From Telmatocola sphagniphila (GTDB taxonomy: Bacteria > Planctomycetota > Planctomycetia > Gemmatales > Gemmataceae), in assembly GCF_018398935.1 (NCBI RefSeq), contig NZ_CP074694.1, positions 1,560,001 to 1,592,000 on the forward strand: 32,000 nt of DNA, written 5' to 3'. The translations under genes were made by a program, and so were the position numbers. Each line of letters starts with the position of its first letter. The first letter of the stretch is position 1. This document shows, piece by piece, positions 25,001 to 30,652 of this stretch. Under the pieces are notes generated by a model. That model was not told the origin of the DNA, did no database searches, and saw only the letters and a list, made by a program, of their open reading frames with translations.

Positions 25001-25076
25001 GCACGGGGGGGAAATATCCTGAGGAATGAATCTCGATTATTCCCAGCATGCTAGCAGTTTCACTGGCATCAATCAA
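22050..25076 (-). CDS. Secreted multidomain protein: DUF2341 - LamG/concanavalin-like - Ig-like repeats - SASA-type (sialate O-acetylesterase-like, SGNH) esterase
   Basis: The N-terminal third has a DUF2341-like segment (EFPLLVRLHKSFFDFQQAHPKGEDLRF...QIWVRIPEI...IYWG). A LamG pattern follows (TEAWFRP...WTHVVHTYEKGQGKIYLNGRL...GAIDEVRISRVARSADWI). The C-terminal part has IIMGQSNA, INGAVGGTRI and VIWHQGENDQ, typical of the SASA/DUF303 esterase family. The start is uncertain: TTG 25076 (track), ATG 25049, or GTG 25004. GTG 25004 gives the best signal peptide, M-PRFILLALFYILVFANFGWA. Confidence 0.8.
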   Translation of the reverse strand: MIDASETASMLGIIEIHSSGYFPPVPRFILLALFYILVFANFGWAQYSTWKHSGSIYLLTTAEGANLPVTTSVKEFPLLVRLHKSFFDFQQAHPKGEDLRFSTSSGQILAYQIEEWNPKEGLAQIWVRIPEIRGQVRQEIKIYWGKPDAKNESNGSAVFNASNGYVSVWHMDESLIDEACTLKLKDTGTRSTPGVIGSARYFSGQQGLFGGEKITTYPSGSSSQSTEAWFRPEKSNSTIIGWGNEGGGRGSKIRMQLRSPPHLHIDSDFSDVNSDTKIPLGEWTHVVHTYEKGQGKIYLNGRLEGSSSPRLDIKNPSRFWIGGWYHNYDYVGAIDEVRISRVARSADWIYLQYENQKPTQTLVGPIVQSGNVFRVFPNEIHVQEGTTANIRVEAGGAQKLIWIEKRNGKERVVATDRFELPFVAGRVRGDAAFQWELKAIYPDQIKTISIPVKVQEATPEPVFQLQSVANWNGRDRIEVVANIQNSLAMETAGANKLNYRWTVSGIATTHEIRSDRLILKRAHNSGVVNINLALDNGGPETSESIQITVKEPKQDAWIDRKSDLEEKPMNGQFYARNPNNEGTLFYNGKLTESAESVFLKLYAEDRLIETLNQKPNGENRYAFTVKLPAGLVKYRVDLGIQNQDQSKTLESVNNIVCGDAFIIMGQSNAVATDFGKEEPTYTSDWIRTFGSMSGSPEPVAVWGRAVHRSRDAEKLQIGYWGMELGRRLVEAEKVPVFLINGAVGGTRIDQHQRDAKNPENLTTLYGRLLWRVKKAHLTHGIRAVIWHQGENDQGADGPTGEYGWENYRSLFINLAGAWKEDYPNIQNYYLFQIWPKSCSMGINGSDNRLREVQRQLKSAFSNLSVQSTLGIDPPGGCHFPAAGYAEFARLLFPLMERDLYGKKFPQAISAANLQRVMRGSTPEELILEFDQPIQWEASLVNQFYLEGEAGKVLAGEAKGSQIVLKVKSPSPPRNITYLDSKSWSQKTLLKGTNGIAALTFCEVPIENR

Positions 25077-25441
25077 AAGCTAAATGGTCGGATTGCAGGA
25101 TTCGGTAAAGGGTTCTCCGCCGGAGTTTCGGGTTCCTTCGGCTTCAGATAATCCTCGGCATTCATCTCTAAGGATCGCAATTTCATCCGGAGTGTCGTTC
25201 GGGAGATTCCCAATAGCTCGCTGGCATGAACTTGATTTCCCTGGACGTGCTTTAAGATCACATCCAGAATGGTTCGATCTAACTCATGCGTCAAACGGCG
25301 GTAAAGATCCTTCTCCCCGATTTCCAGCAGATGCTGAATCCGCACGGCCAGATCGCCGAACTTGCCAGTAAAGGAATTCAGCGAAGGCTTTTCCTCGAAA
25401 GGAATCATGTTTTCGTTCATAGCGTTCATTTGTAGCTTCAC
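25073..25441 (-). CDS. Small Fis-family / NtrC-C-terminal-like HTH DNA-binding protein
   Basis: DLYRRLTHELDRTILDVILKHVQGNQVHASELLGISRTTLRMKLRSL matches the Fis/HTH_8 pattern found at the C-terminus of sigma-54 activators. The start is GTG 25441 or ATG 25429 (AGGTGA lies 9 nt upstream of the latter). The gene ends 0-70 nt before the downstream esterase gene, depending on that gene's start. Confidence 0.7.
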   Translation of the reverse strand: MKLQMNAMNENMIPFEEKPSLNSFTGKFGDLAVRIQHLLEIGEKDLYRRLTHELDRTILDVILKHVQGNQVHASELLGISRTTLRMKLRSLEMNAEDYLKPKEPETPAENPLPNPAIRPFSF

Positions 25442-25547
25442 TTTCCGAGCATAGGGGGTGTAATCGGAATCTCATCTCGGAAGCTGACTTATCGGCCACT
25501 GCCAGTTAGCCAGAATACTTCTCTAACCCTTTAAACACCTCCAAGTT

Positions 25548-25563
25548 TGCAATTCACGTGCCA
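25548..25563 (-). promoter_or_regulatory. Sigma-54 (RpoN) -24/-12 promoter
   Basis: The minus strand reads TGGCACGTGAATTGCA, an exact match to the consensus core TGGCACG-N4-TTGCW. It is intergenic, correctly oriented, and ~100 nt upstream of the HTH gene. Confidence 0.75.
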
Positions 25564-25959
25564 TACGGGATAGCGAAAATAGACTTAAATCAGAGCGGAT
25601 TTGTCTTTTTGGGGTTGGAACGGTTTGCCCTGGAAATGCTCGGGAATCGCGGCCTTTTTACCGGAAGCTTCTCAAGAGCCGAAGAAAATTTGTTTTTGAG
25701 GATGAGCCGACGCAATGATAATGCCGTGAATGAGTCGGTTTTTGCTGGATACCAATTTGCCAGCTATGCCAAAGAATGACCATCTGAACCCGGGTCGCTT
25801 GAATTGGAATAAACCTTCAGCTTTAATTCCTTCCCCGCGCGAATCGAGCATCCGTAAGATTGTCTCTTGAAATCTTCTGAAAACCCACTTTCGATTCAAA
25901 TCGGACTTATTTGTATACAACGAGTGTGTGAACGCGTTCGCACCTTAGGAGAAATTTGC

Positions 25960-27369
25960 ATGCATCGATTGCTCACAGCTTTATTAGTGCCTCTAGCAGT
26001 AATTTTGATTTCGTCGTACTCGGTTACACTGAGCGCGCAAACCCCAGCGAACCCACCGGCAGCGGAGAAAAAATCTCCTGATGTAGAAGAGTTGCTTTCG
26101 AAGTTGGAATCTTCTTTTGGTCAAAAAACAAAAGGACGAGAGTTCTATCAGGCTTACTCTCAGCTTACTGCGTTAGTTCAAGGTAAGGAGAAGTCGACTG
26201 CGGAGAAGGCTTCAGAAGCGATATTGGCCAAACTGAAAACTCTTCTACCTGAAGGGGCCGCCCGTAAAGAACTCGAAACCTCGCAAAAAAGTAAAACCCA
26301 GTTGGTTGCCGCTGAGCGGGGGCTGGAGATCTTGAGAGCCCTTCACACCGTGAAAAGTATCGGTCGCGGTAAAATCGCTTTTGGAACTTTGAAGGTCGAG
26401 GATAGTAAGCTCAATCCCGAAATGGTATTGGCCCAAATGGTCATTTTTGAGGATGGCTGGTTTGTGACCGATATTGGAGATTCCAAAAAAACACTGGGAT
26501 TTCGTGCCGCCGGTTACCTCCCTTTGGACGCTAAACTTCCGGAGACCTGTGATGAACTGCAACTAGATACCCTTATTTTGAAGCCGATCAGCTTGGCCGA
26601 TAGTGCAACGATTACTGGGAAAATCGTATTCGATGGGCCGGACGGAATGAAAAATCTGAAAGCGAACTTGAACCTCACGGTCCCGCCGCCCAATACTGCA
26701 ACTGGTGGTTATAGTCCGCGTAAAAAATGGCCGGAAGCCACGAGTTTAACCGTGGGAAAAGATGGCGGATTTGAACTGACCGGGCTGACGCCGGGAGACT
26801 ATTTTCTATACCTGCAGACGGGTAAGCACGAAGATGTTAGTAAAAAAGTGACCCTCAAACCCGCCTCGACAGAAGACCTGGGCAAATTGACGATGCGATC
26901 GACCGATATGGGTTACTACCTGAAAAAAGAGACGCCCAAAGCCGGTAAGTTTCCCTGGCAGAAAGATATTGAAGAAGCTCGCAAGCGAGCCTTGGCCGAA
27001 GGCAAACCGATGATGATTATGATGACGGCCACCTGGTGCGGACCTTGCAAGCTCCTGGAAGAAAAAACGTTGAATGATCCCTGGGTGCAACAATTCCTGA
27101 AGGAGTTCGTGGTCGTCAAAGCGTACGAAGATAAAGAAGTCGAAAAGCTTTACAACGGTAACGCTTACCCGACGCTAGTTTTTACAGATAAAACAGGCAA
27201 AGAGTTGCATCGAACGCTCGGCTATCAACCCCCGGGTACATTCAGTGGTAATATTTTCAAAGCCTGTCAGGAACTGGGTCTAAAAATCGATCCCGACTTG
27301 CAAACTCTGGTTGATCAGAAAATTATAAAGCTGCCAAAATCAGGAAAAGCCGTTTCGATTCAGAATTAA
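25960..27369 (+). CDS. Secreted thioredoxin-fold protein with N-terminal helical and carboxypeptidase-regulatory-like domains
   Basis: ATG at 25960 is preceded by AGGAGA (7-nt spacing) and opens a signal peptide, MHRLLTALLVPLAVILISSYSVTLSAQ. The track's upstream extension from 25867 is unlikely. The thioredoxin motif ATWCGPCK lies at 27034-27048. The mid-region ATITGKIVFDG...GGFELTGLTPGDYFLYLQ looks like a CarboxypepD_reg fold. Confidence 0.75.
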   Translation: MHRLLTALLVPLAVILISSYSVTLSAQTPANPPAAEKKSPDVEELLSKLESSFGQKTKGREFYQAYSQLTALVQGKEKSTAEKASEAILAKLKTLLPEGAARKELETSQKSKTQLVAAERGLEILRALHTVKSIGRGKIAFGTLKVEDSKLNPEMVLAQMVIFEDGWFVTDIGDSKKTLGFRAAGYLPLDAKLPETCDELQLDTLILKPISLADSATITGKIVFDGPDGMKNLKANLNLTVPPPNTATGGYSPRKKWPEATSLTVGKDGGFELTGLTPGDYFLYLQTGKHEDVSKKVTLKPASTEDLGKLTMRSTDMGYYLKKETPKAGKFPWQKDIEEARKRALAEGKPMMIMMTATWCGPCKLLEEKTLNDPWVQQFLKEFVVVKAYEDKEVEKLYNGNAYPTLVFTDKTGKELHRTLGYQPPGTFSGNIFKACQELGLKIDPDLQTLVDQKIIKLPKSGKAVSIQN

Positions 27370-27393
27370 TTTCAAAGCCAATCACTTATTCTC

Positions 27394-27418
27394 ACATTCC
27401 CCATCTGTCGGGGAATGT
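27394..27418 (+). terminator. Terminator-like hairpin after the thioredoxin-fold gene
   Basis: ACATTCCCC-ATCTGTC-GGGGAATGT: a perfect 9-bp stem with a 7-nt loop, beginning 25 nt after the stop. Only a weak T-rich tail follows (ACTTTAGCTT). Confidence 0.4.
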
Positions 27419-27490
27419 ACTTTAGCTTCAAACATCAAGCCCCTTGCACAGTTCAATCCAGATTTGAATCGAATAAAAAATTCAATTAAA

Positions 27491-27501
27491 GACAACAATT
27501 T
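27491..27501 (+). promoter_or_regulatory. Weaker third copy of the upstream motif (GACAACAATTT vs GACAATAATTT), gene-sense upstream of the GT pair
   Basis: 10 of 11 positions are identical to the gene-sense core of the 14-mer at 4347-4360 and 8759-8772. It is flanked by AATCGAATA direct repeats at 27467-27475 and 27512-27520. Confidence 0.2.
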
Positions 27502-27660
27502 CCGCAAGTGAAATCGAATATCGCTCAAAGGCTTCGCAATCTGCCATTGCCCAAGTTTTCTATTTTGCCAAATCTAAAATTACCGATTACTAATGATGTC
27601 TGCTAAATCCATTTGCCGATGTTTCCTGGACTACCGTTCTTGCGGAAAATAGGGAAGGTA

Positions 27661-28779
27661 ATGACGACCATCGCTTACTTAACGCCACAATACTTTGACG
27701 ACAAAAGTTATGTCGGAGGGGGCGAGCGATATCCGCTGAACTTGGCTATGGGCGTTGCGGAGAGTACCCCCAAGGACATGCAGATTCGAATTCTTTCCTT
27801 CGGGCCGGAACCTTTTGTCCGCGAACTTCACCCCGGCGTTACTCTTCGAGTCATGCAAGCGGCCTATACCCCTCGCCATCCGCTCGATCAACTTTCCTGG
27901 GAAATCGTCGATGCCCTCAATGATGTTGACCTAGTTCACATCATGCAAGCCCACACACGTTGCAGTGAAGTTGGTTACCTGGTGTCGCAGATGCTGGACA
28001 AGCCCATCTGCGTGACCGATATGGGTGGGTATTCGAGTTCACTAGGACAGAGTTTCGATGCCCACCATCTGATCGATTGCATCATCTGTTATTCCGATTT
28101 TGGCGCGCAAATGATGCGAGCAAGTCGTCAATTGGTCACGATTAAAGGAGGCGTGGATTCTCGGCTGTTCGTCCCGCCGGTAGGAAAACCGAAGCGAGAT
28201 CGCATTCTGTATGTAGGACGGCTACTCCCCCACAAGGGGATTGATCAGTTGATCCAAGCTTTGCCCGAGGGGCTGGCGCTGACCTGCTGCGGCCGTCCTT
28301 ATAATCCCGAGTATTTCCAATTGCTTCAGAAACTCTCCCGGAACAAAGAGGTCGATTTTATCCTCGATGCGGATGACAAAACGATTCGAAAGCTCTATGG
28401 CAAAGCCTTTGCTGTCGTTCTGCCGAGCGTTTATCGCGATTGTTACGGGCAATCTTATGTCGCTCCCGAATTGATGGGTCTGACCTTGCTTGAGGCGATG
28501 GCCTGTGGCACACCGGCGATTTGCAACCGGGTCGCGGCGATGCCTGAGTTCGTTCGCCAGGGTGAGACTGGTTTCGTTTACGACAATTTGGAAGAGTTGA
28601 CTGGGTACCTCAAGCGAGTCTCTACTGAAGCGGATCTACCCGATCAGATGGGACGCGCTGCCAGAAAGCTCGTGGAAACAGAATTCGACATGCGGGTGTG
28701 CGGGCAGAAACTGGCGAGTATTTATCGACAGATTCTTAGAGCCCGGAATGCACAGGATACCTTGCGGGAGGCTGCATGA
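27661..28779 (+). CDS. Glycosyltransferase family 4 (Glycos_transf_1)
   Basis: ILYVGRLLPHKGIDQLIQAL and the EX7E-type region PELMGLTLLEAMACGTPAIC...GETGFV. The N-terminus MTTIAYLTPQYF...GGGERY from ATG 27661 fits GT4 starts better than the track's TTG at 27613. Confidence 0.88.
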   Translation: MTTIAYLTPQYFDDKSYVGGGERYPLNLAMGVAESTPKDMQIRILSFGPEPFVRELHPGVTLRVMQAAYTPRHPLDQLSWEIVDALNDVDLVHIMQAHTRCSEVGYLVSQMLDKPICVTDMGGYSSSLGQSFDAHHLIDCIICYSDFGAQMMRASRQLVTIKGGVDSRLFVPPVGKPKRDRILYVGRLLPHKGIDQLIQALPEGLALTCCGRPYNPEYFQLLQKLSRNKEVDFILDADDKTIRKLYGKAFAVVLPSVYRDCYGQSYVAPELMGLTLLEAMACGTPAICNRVAAMPEFVRQGETGFVYDNLEELTGYLKRVSTEADLPDQMGRAARKLVETEFDMRVCGQKLASIYRQILRARNAQDTLREAA

Positions 28780-30050
28780 AAATTCTGATTATCAGTAATT
28801 TGTATCCGCCAGATTTTCTGGGAGGTTATGAACTCGGGTGCCGCCAGGTCGTGGACGCATTGCGGACTGCGGGTCATGAAGTAATGGTGCTCACCGGAAC
28901 GCCTCGGCGAGTGATACCCAACCACCGGGACGAACCTCATGTTACCCGCCGTCTGAAACTGGAAGATCTCTACGATGACTATTCCCAGAGAACTATGCAT
29001 CCGGTGATGCAATCGATTCAAAACCTGGAAGCTAACTGTATCAGTTCCTTTAATGTGCAGATCCTATGTGAGCACCTGGAAAAGTTCGAACCCGATGTGG
29101 CCTACCTTTGGAATTTGATCGGACTGGGAGGCCTGGGGTTGATTGCCGCTTTACAGCATGCGGGAACTCCTTGGGTGATGCATCTGATGGACATGGTTCC
29201 GGTTAAACTCTGCGAAATCTTTCGCGATCGAGCTGTTAATGGCATCCAGGAATCTTTCCTAAAACTCTGCCAGGGACAGTTTATCTCTTGCAGTCAATCG
29301 ACGTTGCATGAACTCGCCCACTACGGGTTGCCAGTCTCCGAAAGATCGATTTTGATCCCAAATTGGGTGGAATTTTTCGACGAACTCCCGCGTGAGTATT
29401 GTCCGGAAGGTAAGCTGCGAGTTGTCTGTGCTGGCACTCTGTCGGAAGCTAAAGGTACGAAAATCCTGATTGAAGCGGCCTTTAAGCTAAAGAACAGAGG
29501 TTATTCGAACTTTTCGATCGACTTGTTTGGCCACTGTCCGGATCCGCAATTCGAATCTCTAATTTTATCGTTTGGATTGTGTGATCAGGTCAAATACCGA
29601 GGAGTCAAGTCTCAGGCAAGTTTGATTGAATCGTACACGAATTACGATTTGTTTGCTTTCCCGACGCATGAACGGGAACCTTTCGGATTTGCGCCCATGG
29701 AGGCGGCTGCTCGCGGCTGCGTTCCTTTGGTTTCGGAGCTTTGCGGATTCTCGGAGTGGTTTGTTCATGCTGTCGATTGCGTCAAAGTCCACCGAAGTTC
29801 CGAAGCCTGGGCGGATGCGCTGCAAAGAGTTCTCGATGATTTTAGTCCCTATCAGCGGATCGGAATTCGAGCAGCCAAAATCATTAAACGAGATTTCTGC
29901 CTGCCTTCTATTCTTCCGAGAATTGTGCAAGTTCTCAAACACGCTCAGTTCATGAATACGACTCGAAAGAGGTCTCTCGAGGATGCCTGTCGGATGGCGA
30001 TTCTCGCGGAACGAACCTTCCGCAGCTTACTTCAGGAATTGGCCGCCTAA
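28776..30050 (+). CDS. Glycosyltransferase family 4
   Basis: MKILIISNLYPPDFLGGYE..., LRVVCAGTLSEAKGTKILIEA and FPTHEREPFGFAPMEAAARGCVPLVS. GGGAGG lies 4 nt upstream. The ATGA overlap with the previous GT (28776-28779) indicates translational coupling. Confidence 0.88.
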   Translation: MKILIISNLYPPDFLGGYELGCRQVVDALRTAGHEVMVLTGTPRRVIPNHRDEPHVTRRLKLEDLYDDYSQRTMHPVMQSIQNLEANCISSFNVQILCEHLEKFEPDVAYLWNLIGLGGLGLIAALQHAGTPWVMHLMDMVPVKLCEIFRDRAVNGIQESFLKLCQGQFISCSQSTLHELAHYGLPVSERSILIPNWVEFFDELPREYCPEGKLRVVCAGTLSEAKGTKILIEAAFKLKNRGYSNFSIDLFGHCPDPQFESLILSFGLCDQVKYRGVKSQASLIESYTNYDLFAFPTHEREPFGFAPMEAAARGCVPLVSELCGFSEWFVHAVDCVKVHRSSEAWADALQRVLDDFSPYQRIGIRAAKIIKRDFCLPSILPRIVQVLKHAQFMNTTRKRSLEDACRMAILAERTFRSLLQELAA

Positions 30051-30070
30051 CTAATAACGGGATTACGGAA

Positions 30071-30415
30071 ATGGATTTCGCATTTTATCATCACGAGCAG
30101 AATCCCCAAGGCTGGCGTAAGGCCATCGTTCCGGTCAGACGAGCGCTGCGCCGAGTTCAGCGACCTTACTTCGTACGCTTGAAAGACCTCCTTGTAGGTC
30201 TTTGGCAGTCGGATAAAATGCTGGCCGAAGATCTCCGTAAGCTGCGCATGCAGTTGGAAGAAATGGAAGAGGCACATCAGGCCCTGGTGAAAAGTCACCG
30301 CGCTTTGGAGATGGACCGCGACGCATTGGCCTCTCGACTCGCACAGATAGAGGATGTAATTCTGGAGAATCCGATACCGAGGAAATCGGATAAACCCCGT
30401 TTACTCGCTTCCTAG
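30071..30415 (+). CDS. Hypothetical small coiled-coil protein
   Basis: 114 aa with a basic N-terminal part, then a heptad-like acidic/leucine segment (LAEDLRKLRMQLEEMEEAHQALVKSHRALEMDRDALASRLAQIEDVI). It starts 20 nt after the GT gene on the same strand. I recognise no family, and coding status rests on position and composition only. Confidence 0.55.
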   Translation: MDFAFYHHEQNPQGWRKAIVPVRRALRRVQRPYFVRLKDLLVGLWQSDKMLAEDLRKLRMQLEEMEEAHQALVKSHRALEMDRDALASRLAQIEDVILENPIPRKSDKPRLLAS

Positions 30416-30456
30416 TCGTTGAAGAGTTTCAGCTATCTACCGCATCAAGAGGCCAG

Positions 30457-30492
30457 GCGACTTTTGGTAAATATTAATTTATCGAAAGTCGC
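30457..30492 (+). terminator. Long RNA hairpin (16-bp stem, AUUA loop) downstream of the GT / coiled-coil operon
   Basis: GCGACTTTTGGTAAAT-ATTA-ATTTATCGAAAGTCGC gives 14 Watson-Crick pairs plus 2 positions that are G-U wobbles only when transcribed from the plus strand (C-A mismatches on the minus strand). It lies 42 nt after the stop at 30415. No U-tract follows. Confidence 0.4.
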
Positions 30493-30623
30493 GCCCCATC
30501 ATATCAAGGTCCTTCACTCAGGAAATCCGTTCTAAATCCCGAAGAAACAGGCGGACAGCTAAGTTCAATATTTCACAGTATTTACATCCTACCGCCATTT
30601 CCGATAATAGCGAAATTACTTGA

Positions 30624-30652
30624 TTGACAGTCAGTTGCGGGTTTTCATATCA
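30624..30652 (+). promoter_or_regulatory. Sigma-70-like promoter candidate (TTGACA-N17-ATATCA)
   Basis: A perfect -35 hexamer lies at 30624-29, with a 17-nt spacer and ATATCA at 30647-52. If this promoter is used, transcription would start after the ATG at 30652. That would make ATG 30703 the real start of the downstream gene. Confidence 0.3.

Noticed and set aside
25745-25761. Plus-strand sigma-54-like element TGGATACCAATTTGCC with correct GG-N10-GC spacing
   Set aside because: The -24 box is weak (TGGATA vs TGGCAC). It lies 200 nt from the nearest plus-strand start. It also overlaps a GCTGG-N11-CCAGC inverted repeat that may instead be an enhancer site for the perfect minus-strand sigma-54 promoter. 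I kept it only as a note.
25558-25920. ORFs of 73 aa (+) and 82 aa (-) in the 518-bp divergent region
   Set aside because: They mutually overlap, have no RBS and have no motifs. The region contains the sigma-54 promoter and is better explained as regulatory DNA.
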